NCBI GenBank assembly: GCA_047495785.1
Contig: JBLDXI010000015.1
Span: 930,001-994,000 of the forward strand
Direction: 5' to 3'
DNA length: 64,000 nucleotides
Origin: Lepidodermella squamata
Taxonomy: Eukaryota; Animalia; Gastrotricha
Made by a program: the position numbers and the translations under genes
In this document: positions 12,487 to 22,623 of the stretch, in pieces
Numbering within the stretch: the stretch's first letter is position 1
How the letters are laid out: each line of letters begins with the position of its first letter
Notes under the pieces: model-generated
What the model saw: only the letters and a program-made list of their open reading frames with translations
What the model was told of the DNA's origin: nothing
Databases searched by the model: none

Positions 12487-13574
12487 GTAATCTCAGATTT
12501 TATAAGGCTCAAATAATTGAATAATCAAAGAACTGACAGCCTATTTATTCATAAACCAGATTCTTTTCTATTTTGAGAATTATATAAATTATTTCGATAA
12601 ATTGATAAAATGTAATGTTAATCTTCATAATCGGTCAAATAAAATCTGTCAAAATGTAAAAGTTCGCTCTCATTTTTATCTCAGCGCTCAGTTTGAATAA
12701 GCCCACCCTCACAGTAAACTAAGCCGCCTCGATTGCGCAACCATTGTGCGCTAATCGTGAATGTTCGCCCTGAGAGCGTGCCTCGGAATAAAGCCTTGGA
12801 ATTTTTTTCTCCAAAACCCATGATTTTCAAATTTTTTTGCTCATTCCTATAATTGGAAAACGCAGGGAACAGTGCTGAAACTGCGGCACAACCAATTGCT
12901 GTAATCTTGAACATCGCGGCCTTGCCCAGGCTTGCTAGATGAGCTGCTTGCTCATTTTCATCTAAGCTTGTTGAAATTGGCAGTACGATGGGGTATAGGT
13001 AGCGTGGTCTTGGGAGCATTTAATTTGTAAACAGAACCAAGGCCGAAATCGCGAACTTGCTATATCATTTATAATCGACCCAGTGAAGAAGATGCCGGGG
13101 GGATGCCAGGGATTATCCCTACTTCGTCGACCGGGCGTCCCGGGACCGACGCTATCCCTGGCTGGATGATTCAGGTTTCTCCAAAATTTGAGTAACGCCT
13201 GGACCATTCTCAATCCAAGTAACGTAAAAATACCGCCAGCTAAGCTTTCTTCGCTCGCTATAATGGTTATGTTCAATGAATAGTGGTCTGCCAATGGAAA
13301 AATCGACTGAAACTAAGAGGCACAAGCAGCCTTTCGCGTGAAGGGGCGGATTAAAATGGATTAGTGCGTCGTTGACGCAATGAGTGAGTCGTTATTTAAT
13401 TTTGGGGCACATTTCCCCATCCGCCGGTGTTTCCTCCGCGCGCGCACTCCTATTGGCTGGGCCTTGTTGCGCAACAACTACGATAATTACAGCCTTCGTG
13501 CGCGCGCGCACGGACGAGAGCAAAGACGACTGCGCCCTGCGCTGAGTCAGCGAAATGCTTTCAAGAAAATAAAA

Positions 13575-15355
13575 ATTTATTTATTTATTTATTTGAAAGC
13601 TCATACGCCCAAGAGAGGGCAGCTTGACAATGTTAAGGAAAACAACATATAATTGCAGGACAAGTTCAGATTATAGGACAGGAAAGGTGTAGTAGGAGAA
13701 AACAAAGTTATAGATCAGACACTCGATCAATTATGTTCTGATGTAACTGAGCAACAAAATCGCAACAAGAATCGTTAAGTATAGCAAAGCAGTATAAACT
13801 GTAATCATAAAAATAAAATCACAAATTTGATGATATTTCATCTCAAGCATAACCAGAACAAGGCCTCCGCTAATTTTTATTCAACTTTAATTTCCCAGCA
13901 TTGGTAGAGTAACAATGATTGTACACAGCTTCGCGGCATTCCTTGGCCGATGCTGCTTGATGAGCTTCGGTCGGCAGCACGTTCCACCAGTCCGGCCCGC
14001 GATAGCTCAAGCTTAGCGTACCGCGTTCCTTTTTGAAAGTTGGTTTGAACATTGGTTCAGAGCGGCGAACATCGTAGGTACTGATTTCGTTTAGCCGGAA
14101 CAATGTTTGCATCGCTACTGGTGCTTGATGGTGTAAGCAGCTCCAAATCATAGTTGCAAGGTGAATAGCGTGTTTTTGATTGACGTCGACCCAACCAAGA
14201 CGGCGTCTCAACGGTTCAGGGTCGGCCAAGGGATGTGCCCCGCAAATGGCACGCACGGCTCGGTCTTGTGTTGACTGAAGTTTAGCCAGATTTGTCGGTG
14301 CTGCTTGGCCTAATGTGATGTCGCCGTAGTTCAAATGGCTGAATACCAATCCGTTCGCCATCATTATTGCCGTTCTGCGATCCACAAACTTCGTGGCTAA
14401 TTTCAAAGCATAGAGACCCCTCCTCGCCTTGCTTTTGATGTTTTTTATTTGCTTTTTGAATGTCAGTTTGTCATCGATTATAAATCCAAGGGTGACCATT
14501 TCACTTGAAGCTTTCACAACAGTATCTCCGATAGCGATAGCAAAGTTTGGTGTTGAAGGAATCGCGCATTTCAAAATAAAAAACTGAGATTTCTTCCCGT
14601 TTACCATTAACGAGTTGTTTGCTAGCCAAGAACAGACACGATTCATTTCCTGTTGTAATACTGAGCGCAACTCATTGACGTTCTTGCTCGCAAAATATAC
14701 CGTTATATCGTCAGCGTATTGCTTAATTTTGCAGCGTGTTACGACCGACGGCAACTCGTTGACGTAGACAGTGAACATGAGTGGGCCCAGCACCGACCCT
14801 TGCGGCACTCCATGATGAATCGCTTCGAATGCAGATAACTCGCAGTTCACTTTTGTAGCTTGCCTTCGATCGCTCAGATAATTTCGCAATAGTCGAAGTG
14901 CTGCTTCTGACAGACCGGCGCTGCGAAAGGACTCGATAATACCCTCATGATTTAAGGTATCAAACGCCTTCGATAAATCTATCGAGATTGCGCCGAAAAT
15001 TTTCCCTTCACACATTGCTATTCGCCAGTCCTCCGTGAACTCGGCAACACACGTGTCCGTTGCGTGTCTCTCGCGAAAACCGTGCTGAGCTGGCGAAAGG
15101 AACTTTGAGAGATGAATCTTGAGCTGAGCAGCTAAGCAGCGCTCAAACGTACGAGCAACTGGGGATATTATCGAAATTGGCCGATAGTTGCCAACATCCA
15201 GTCGATTGCCAGACTTATGAAGCGGGCTAACAATTGACGCCTTCCAATCATCAATAAAGATGCCTTCAGAAATCGCTAAATTGAAAAGTTGAACCAAATA
15301 CGGGGCAATTGTCGGTTTTGCAAGTTTCAGTATACTTTCTGGAATTCCGTCAAAA
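13575..15355 (-). mobile_element. 5'-truncated non-LTR retrotransposon of the CR1/L2 group with an (AAAT)n tail
   Basis: RT ORF 13870-15297 extends upstream to ..FDGIPESILK..; tail TTTATTTATTTATTTATTT at ~13575-13594 on the plus strand. Confidence 0.85.
13870..15297 (-). CDS. LINE ORF2 fragment: reverse transcriptase and C-terminal domain (no endonuclease, no true start codon)
   Basis: Motifs NYRPIS, QHGFR, IDLSKAFD, GVPQGSVLGPL, YADD and C-terminal WNVLP; uninterrupted for 475 codons. Confidence 0.9.
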   Translation of the reverse strand: MVQLFNLAISEGIFIDDWKASIVSPLHKSGNRLDVGNYRPISIISPVARTFERCLAAQLKIHLSKFLSPAQHGFRERHATDTCVAEFTEDWRIAMCEGKIFGAISIDLSKAFDTLNHEGIIESFRSAGLSEAALRLLRNYLSDRRQATKVNCELSAFEAIHHGVPQGSVLGPLMFTVYVNELPSVVTRCKIKQYADDITVYFASKNVNELRSVLQQEMNRVCSWLANNSLMVNGKKSQFFILKCAIPSTPNFAIAIGDTVVKASSEMVTLGFIIDDKLTFKKQIKNIKSKARRGLYALKLATKFVDRRTAIMMANGLVFSHLNYGDITLGQAAPTNLAKLQSTQDRAVRAICGAHPLADPEPLRRRLGWVDVNQKHAIHLATMIWSCLHHQAPVAMQTLFRLNEISTYDVRRSEPMFKPTFKKERGTLSLSYRGPDWWNVLPTEAHQAASAKECREAVYNHCYSTNAGKLKLNKN

Positions 15356-17124
15356 CTTAATTAAGGCAGATTTTGTTGTCAAAAAACATGACAAAATTTG
15401 GATTATCATGTATTTTGTTCTTATCGATTTAACTGAAAGTAGAAAATAGTGCGCGCGCAAAATTCAAATTTTACCTAACAAATTCCGAAAGCGCGCACCG
15501 ATGGCACGAGCTATTTTCGGTGAATTTGGGTTAATTTCATCAAAATATAGCTGGAGACTCTAGCCATTTGATTATTTTCGCGCTACATTGAATTGATTGA
15601 AAAACGCTTCTTGCCCTTTAAAGTTTGTGCGTTTGAAAAGTTACCGCTCATTACCGGAGCCGCTTATAATAGTATGAAGCGGATGTAAAAATTCCTTGGA
15701 ATGATCAAAACGCGAGCGCTGCTAAAAATGTAGAAAAATTGCGATTTCATAAAATCGACATAATATCATGATGAATCATGGTGGCGCGATTTTATTTAGC
15801 CTGCAAATATTTATGAGCGCCTTGTTGATCGTAAGGCATCATTATTTCTCGCATATCTTCTTAATTTGCAATTTCTTGAAATTGGTACTAATTGAAAAAT
15901 GTACTCCCGATGCGCGCGCTTCACATGATATACTGGGCTTGTTTAATTCTGGCTAGCTGTCTTGTGGTTTTCTTGTGATTTTGCAGAGCGCGCGTAGAAA
16001 GCTGCAATAATTTCTTGCGCAATAAATGCGCGCGACGTGCGTTACGCGTAAATTTAACCAACCAATAGGAATGCGCGCGTGGAGGAAACACCGGCGGATG
16101 GGGAAATGTGCAAATTTGGGCGACACAAATGGGGCGAACTTTTATTGGGCGCTTTTCCTTCCCATGGGATAGGACAATTTTCCATTTTCTCGCCACTGAC
16201 ATTCGAGAGCTCATTCATAAGGGTTCGGACTGTTGATAGTCAAGATAAGAGCCCGGCGAACGGTGAACTGCTTGGTCAAGGAATAATAGGGTCAGGCTAC
16301 CGAAATCTGCATAAAGAATCTCCACTTTTTCAAACGCTTGTCATTCCATAACCATGAGGTTCTCCGGGCTCATATTTTGACTTAAACAGTCAGAACCCAT
16401 TTCAGTAAGCTCATGAGCCAATTCATCACCGTTAGCGAGCCATTGTTGCTTGTTGCTAAACGTAAAAAAATGCAAAAATTCAAAATCGCTCGAGGGTGCG
16501 TAAAAGCTTCAATTCCGAACCTGAACTGCATACTCACTCAATTAGGGCGATTTCGGACCACCAATTTTGCGAATTGTACTTAGAAACAGGATGAAGAACG
16601 TGCTTTGAACAGAAACAGTGTGAGCAAAACACATAGTGACTTTTGATCGCATTGTGATGATTTGCACTATCCCGGTACAGTCTAACTATGGAATACTACA
16701 TCATAATTCATAGAAAACCAGGAAGGTTGACAAATGACGTTCTGTGGCTATATTCAGATTCAGCAGAATGACATTAGGTGACGTACGAAAAATCACAGCA
16801 AGATTCGCTTTTGCCTGCATTCGGCGCTAGAGTTTGGCTAGGAGTTTGGCAAGGGTTATTATACCACCATTACTTTCAACCTTTCGATTTTGATGCTTCT
16901 TTCGCTGTCTGATTATTTGAAAGGTTCCAACTTCCAACTTGTTAAGCATACTTTATTTATATAAATCCAAGAAGTCTGAAGCTAATAGGATCAAGATTGA
17001 GCGAGTATGCAGTTTAGGTTCTAATCTAATTTTGCTAATCATGCTACTTTTCAGCTGAGCTGTCCTACACCCCTTAAATATAAATGCTCGTAAATGAATG
17101 AATAATAGATAAATAAGTCCCGAT

Positions 17125-17425
17125 GTTACCTTGGATCTAGACATTATCTGACGGAGGACGAATTCCACTGCGAATTGGCTAAAATTCAAAACTATTGCAA
17201 TAACGTCAGCGATTCTGATACTGGTCGCGTGTCTCGCATCAAAGAGAATCCACTAGTATTTCAATTTGTAAATTAAAAATATTAAGAACAGAAGTTACCT
17301 TGGATCTAGACATCAGCAGAAAGAGGGCGAACTCAACTGCGAAATTTCAAATCACCCAAATTTTTGCACTAGTTTTTAATTTGGATGATTCAAATACTGG
17401 TCGCGTGCCACGCATCAGAGACGCA
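17125..17425 (+). promoter_or_regulatory. Tandemly duplicated ~170-bp upstream unit containing the CTGGTCGCGTG motif
   Basis: GTTACCTTGGATCTAGACAT at ~17125 and ~17293; ATACTGGTCGCGTG..CGCATCA at ~17218 and ~17394. Confidence 0.65.
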
Positions 17426-17486
17426 TCAGCAGTAGTGTTTAAGAATGAATGAGGCGTGATAATATCGTGAAAAAAGTTATCAAGAA

Positions 17487-18338
17487 ATGAACAGAATCTT
17501 TACTTTTCTAATCATATCTCTGGTTGGTTTGGTCGAAGCAAGCACAAATTGTCAATCTGAATTGACTAATTCAGCCACGTTCAAAAAGTGGTGCCAGATC
17601 GACACGAAAACACGCTTTCCGCATGTTTCTAAACAACATGTCTACTTCGAAGCAACACAGGTATCGTGCTCGATATTGGAATGCGAGGGTGAGCAGTACT
17701 TTGATGCCGAAACTTGCTCTTGTCGCTGCGCCGGAACCGAAGGTGACATTGACCGGTCGACGTCCTGCCAACAGAAGTATTTCAACTCTCGGATAGCGAC
17801 CGTCAACTACTACGAATTGACCGCCGATGGCTGTCTGGCCCCTAGAACGTGCTCGAGCCCCCTGCAGGTCTTCAATTTCCAAACCTGCGCATGCGGCTGC
17901 TCGACGACTTGCAACAACTACAATGAGTATCTCGTTCAGGCAAACTGTTCATGCGTGTGCGGCGCACAGCCAGCAAAATTCAGCAGTAGTTCCGCTAAGT
18001 GCACGAGTAAAGACGGGATAACCCGATACGTTTCAACTAAAGAAGAATCCACGTACTTCAAGGTGACCCGAAACAATTGCGTCTACTCGGATAAATGCCG
18101 AGTGGGCGTTTTGCAAACGGACAGCCGTTGTGACTGCGCGTGCCCGTCTGGCTCATCTGAGGAGTATAAATTCGGAAACGATATCGGGCGAGATTACACT
18201 TTTTGCGACAATGTGCTTCACTTCGCATCGGCAAGCTCAGCGTACAATTACTACATAAGCAAGTTCAGTGGCTGCTATTCGCTGGAAGCTTGCGACCCAG
18301 GCCAGAAATATCATACTGGCGAATGTGGCTGCCGCTGA
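17487..18338 (+). CDS. Secreted Cys-rich repeat protein 5, intronless chimera-like, 283 aa
   Basis: N-terminal ~83 aa align with the 8366 gene; the rest has the same protein sequence as the last exon of the 10387 gene. Confidence 0.88.
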   Translation: MNRIFTFLIISLVGLVEASTNCQSELTNSATFKKWCQIDTKTRFPHVSKQHVYFEATQVSCSILECEGEQYFDAETCSCRCAGTEGDIDRSTSCQQKYFNSRIATVNYYELTADGCLAPRTCSSPLQVFNFQTCACGCSTTCNNYNEYLVQANCSCVCGAQPAKFSSSSAKCTSKDGITRYVSTKEESTYFKVTRNNCVYSDKCRVGVLQTDSRCDCACPSGSSEEYKFGNDIGRDYTFCDNVLHFASASSAYNYYISKFSGCYSLEACDPGQKYHTGECGCR

Positions 18339-19125
18339 GATTTACTAGCCAGCTTTTGATTAACATTTTTTCGTTCTGCTTTTGTGTAGGACGAGGAAAA
18401 TCAGGAATCATAAGGATATTCGCAAGATCTAAACTTGCAGTTCAAACATTATATTCACATAAATATAACGTAATGTGATGTATTTATAATAGAATAATAA
18501 AGCTAATTTTGATATACCAGACTTTAACCCTTCTAGTACGAAGTCCCATCACGAAAATAATGTAACATAATGACCTAATGTAGCGCAACATTGGGATGGA
18601 AGACAAGTTGTCATGCAAAAATGCCATAAAATTATAAGAAATACCTCAAAGAGTCCAAGTTTAAAGGATTCAGATTTAATAAACTGCTTAGACCGAAGTT
18701 TCCAGAAGTTAAATTGTTCCGCTTTTAACCTTGTTACACTCAATCTTTTACAAATCTGCTGACTCACAACAGAAAGTCGATACAACATGCCGTAGACGGT
18801 GGGCAAAAATTTTTTGTTTTGAATTGCCAAATAGAATATAACCCTTCTACTAAACAAAGAAAAAAATTGTTGAATAAATGCTCAGTTAGATTCAGATTTT
18901 GGTTGTCGTTTGTCGTCGATTGCTGATATGAATTAACGCAAATGATGCAGTTTCCTTCTATTTTCTTCCTATTCGTAGCGATTAGCGCGATTAGTGAACT
19001 AATGCAAATGGCTGCGAGCCCTTTTATCTAGGTTAAGATTTCAGATTTAAAATAAAATACAAAATACGATTAGGCACACGCCGTGACCACTAACTGCGTG
19101 ATTATTTTATTTCATGAATTGAAAA

Positions 19126-20408
19126 ATGAATGATTTATGCTTTTGGCCTGTTTACAACACAATAATCATTCTCCTTGCTAAGAGTGTTCTCGCATCAGTT
19201 TCCACATGTGAAGCAGAACTAGTGAAGAACGCGAATTTCAAGAATTGGTGCCGAACTTCCACCAGGACGCGATACCAGCACGCCACGATTTCCCAATCGT
19301 TTTACGAAGTTACAACGTCCTCTTGCGTCAATGCGAAATGCGATGGCGAGAAGTACTTTGACACGAAACAATGTGATTGCCGTTGTTTAGCGAAGCCCCG
19401 CAATCCGTGCCCGGAGAACCAAGAATTTCTATACGTCGAGAATCAACAGTTCTGCAAATGTGTTTGCAAGCAGCCACCCGATGAAGTGAAATCACTTTGT
19501 GGAACCGACCGACTTAGCCACTTCAACGATACCACTCTCTATTTCCAGGTAAGAATGGCATCACCGGGCATCTATGTTTCAAGCCGTGTTGTTTCATCAT
19601 TCGAATCTTTCACTTTCAGATAGATGCCAATGATTGTGTAGCGCAAGTGGCCACAAAATGTCCTCAGGGTGTTCTCACCAGTTCGGGGAACCAATGCACA
19701 TGTGCTTGCCCAGCCGGTTCGCAGGTTGAGCCGACGATTGACTCGAGCAGAACGTGCCAAGGGAAATATTTCGCCTCGACAACGTCACCCGCCCAATCGA
19801 ACAGTTACCTCGAGTTGGTGATCAACAAATGCTACAAGACGCGGACGTGCGACAATGCGAAGGACTACTTTGACTTTACAACCTGTAAATGTCAATGTCC
19901 TCCTGAGAAGTGCACTAACCCGTTTCATGTTTTCAACAACCAAACCTGCACTTGTGTTTGCCCACCAGCGAATTGCGACATGTTTAGCGAGGTGTTCATT
20001 TCATCTAACTGCTCGTGCGTCTGTATAGAAAAGCCGTCTGGGTTCAGCAGTTCAGCAGCGAAATGCACCGACTCCGATGGCTTAGTTCGATACGTTTCAA
20101 CGTCTTCAAATTCGCGTCCTCAATATATTCAGGAGACGAGCAACAAGTGTCTTTTCGCGATTCAATGCAGTTCCGGAACATTTATACCGGACAATAAATG
20201 CGGTTGCAGGTGCCCTGATGGCATTCTAGAAGAGTCAACCGTTAATAACGATTTTAGGCCAGAAGCGACTCTCTGTGGTGACACATTCTACATTCCGTCG
20301 CGAGGGTCTTCGAGCAAGTATTACGTCCAAAAATTTGTCGGATGCTGGGAGAGCAAAACTTGTCCGGATAGCAAGAACTACTACACTGAAGATTGCAGCT
20401 GTCGCTGA
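19126..20408 (+). CDS. Secreted Cys-rich repeat protein 6; exons 19126-19548, 19620-20408; ~403 aa
   Basis: Signal peptide, FKNWC motif, phase-0 intron 19549-19619 (GTAAGA..TTTCAG), C-terminal CSCR*; AATAAA near 20502. Confidence 0.85.
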
Positions 20409-21281
20409 GAGCAGCCATGGGAGGTTTTAAATGAACTGCTCTTTGAGCCATGACTAAAAATGTTGATGATGTGTGATGAGCTATGATTAATTCTAGTCTG
20501 AAATAAAATGTCAGGGGGTTACAGTCACTTTATTGCCGGGCCTTGTCCAGGGCCTCGAGCTATCCATATTATTTTGACAACTTTACCTTAATCTTCGAAA
20601 TTATGGCTTCTATTTTTCATTATATCGCCGGGTGATAAAACATGTTTCGCAGATAAGAAGCAACGAGATTAGAATTACCGCAAAATGCCCCTGTGAAATA
20701 TTCCAGCACCGGCTGAATTTAGGGTGTAGCCCTCAATTCCAAATATCAGATGATTTTTCTGTTTTTCTGAGTGCGTTTTTCTGTCATCTTAAGCTCTATA
20801 CGCGATATAGGTTATGTAACGAATTCCTCGAGCAAGCCTAACTTTCCTTGAATTTCTGTTCGACATGTAAAACAATTTAAAACTCTTTACTCGAATCCAG
20901 CAAACTCGAATTATTTCTGTTGGTATTTTTGACCGAGTCCTGTTTTTCGCATCTATACTAAGCCAGAGAAATGTTATAACATGTTAGAACATTTTATAAT
21001 ATGTGAGGATAGTTTTAAATTTTTTATAAGTACACTACACATCAGTTACAAGGAAATGTTGAAGATGATGCAAATTTGTACCCTTCCTTGGTACAATGGG
21101 AAGTTTTATTGAAACGCGCACAAATTTATATTTTTCTCAAACTTACTCACACATTATACCATGCAACTGATTACGTCACTCTTATAAGAATCAAAATTTT
21201 CAAAATTTCTCTCGTCAAAATAACTTCCAAATGTAAGCATTGTTACTATTAACCCATTTAGGCATTTTTTCGAACTTTGAG

Positions 21282-22550
21282 ATGGAAAGACTTGCTATAT
21301 CCATCGCTATCGTATTTGTGGCGTCAGTAGCTAGCCAACCTATTCCCGACTCGGATTGGTCTTCGAGTGGCGGAAGCTTGGAACACACTGGCTACAAACC
21401 ATCAACACTCTACAATGCCGACAACGGATTCTTCCTTCGCTGGACAAACACGAGCGACAAAGCTGCAGTAGCGTCGAACATCCTGGTTTCAGATGGCTAC
21501 GTCATTGCAACACTGATAAGTCCAAATAACCAGCCATTTATTCGGCTTTACAATGAATCTAACGGGGCTGTTATTCGAAATAGTGCCGAAATTCCATCGA
21601 AAAGTTGTTCGAAATTGGTACTCAGTATGGCTGCTGATCAATTGATTATGCTGAGCTGTGCGGATAAATCCTCTGAACAGGCAGAAATTTACGTGCTAGA
21701 CACTGGAACTCTCAGCCTTCTGGGCCGAACTGTTGGCGATGGACATCCTGCTTACAACGAAATCTATGGCCCTGTTGTGATTTTCCAGCCCAAGTTCTAC
21801 GCCTGGTACTTCGCAACCTACAACCCTGACTCATTTACGATCTACAGCATTAACGATAGCGGAGAATTAGCCTTCAACGTTTCAATGACTCGGAAATATT
21901 TCGCATGCCGAAACTTTTTAATGACTCAGTACGATAACAAGCGAATTTTCTTCGCGGCTGAGACTGTCGGTGAGTTGGATATTAACAACGGAAATGTAAC
22001 TTGGACAGTTCCAGATGGTACAACTCGTTGCCCCATGCAAGATAGCAATTTTCCAGTGATGTTCACCCCCGTGATAGCTAACGATATTCTCATCGTTGTA
22101 AGCTTCAACTCGACAAGACCTGGTTTCATGTACCTAGCAGGTTACAGCATCGCAAATGGTCGAAATTCGCTGATCTGGAAGAGCGATTACTGCCCATTTG
22201 ACTCGAGCTTGATTGACGTAACCCCGGCAGTGGATTCAGCAAGTGGGGCTGTCTTCCAGGTGTGTTCCGGTGGTTTTTTACGAGCGATTTTCATCGAAAA
22301 TGGCTTGCTAATGTCCGTATATCATCCGTGCCAAAAGTGCTTCGGTCAACCTATTGTTGTTGTGGATTACATGTTTGTAATGTCGAGCGGTCCGGGCAAT
22401 TCGACTCTTTATGTTTTCGAAAAATCATCCCTAGATCCTGCGAAAGCTAGGGTTGGCACGTATGCAACAACCATGGCCTACCACGAATCAACAATCTTTA
22501 TCCCTGACGGACCGAATAAGGTGCTTGCTGCTTATCAAGCTAGGCCATGA
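21282..22550 (+). CDS. Secreted PQQ/BamB-like beta-propeller protein, intronless, ~422 aa
   Basis: Signal peptide then DWSSSGGSLEHTGY; blade-like motifs (LDINNGNVTW, TPVI, YSIANG..LIW, TPAVD, QPIV); AATAAA at 22562. Confidence 0.72.
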   Translation: MERLAISIAIVFVASVASQPIPDSDWSSSGGSLEHTGYKPSTLYNADNGFFLRWTNTSDKAAVASNILVSDGYVIATLISPNNQPFIRLYNESNGAVIRNSAEIPSKSCSKLVLSMAADQLIMLSCADKSSEQAEIYVLDTGTLSLLGRTVGDGHPAYNEIYGPVVIFQPKFYAWYFATYNPDSFTIYSINDSGELAFNVSMTRKYFACRNFLMTQYDNKRIFFAAETVGELDINNGNVTWTVPDGTTRCPMQDSNFPVMFTPVIANDILIVVSFNSTRPGFMYLAGYSIANGRNSLIWKSDYCPFDSSLIDVTPAVDSASGAVFQVCSGGFLRAIFIENGLLMSVYHPCQKCFGQPIVVVDYMFVMSSGPGNSTLYVFEKSSLDPAKARVGTYATTMAYHESTIFIPDGPNKVLAAYQARP

Positions 22551-22623
22551 ACAAATGCGAGAATAAAAAAGCTGCCTTAAAATATTTAATCATGACTTTT
22601 TGTAACTTGATGTGGGGTGGAAA

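Larger units (their letters stand above)
13407..16111. mobile_element. Mutator-like non-autonomous TIR element carrying a nested LINE
   Basis: ~50-bp TIRs starting GCACATTTCCCCATCCGCCGGTGTTTCCTCC (2 internal mismatches); 9-bp flanks AATTTTGGG / AAATTTGGG (8/9 match). Confidence 0.75.
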
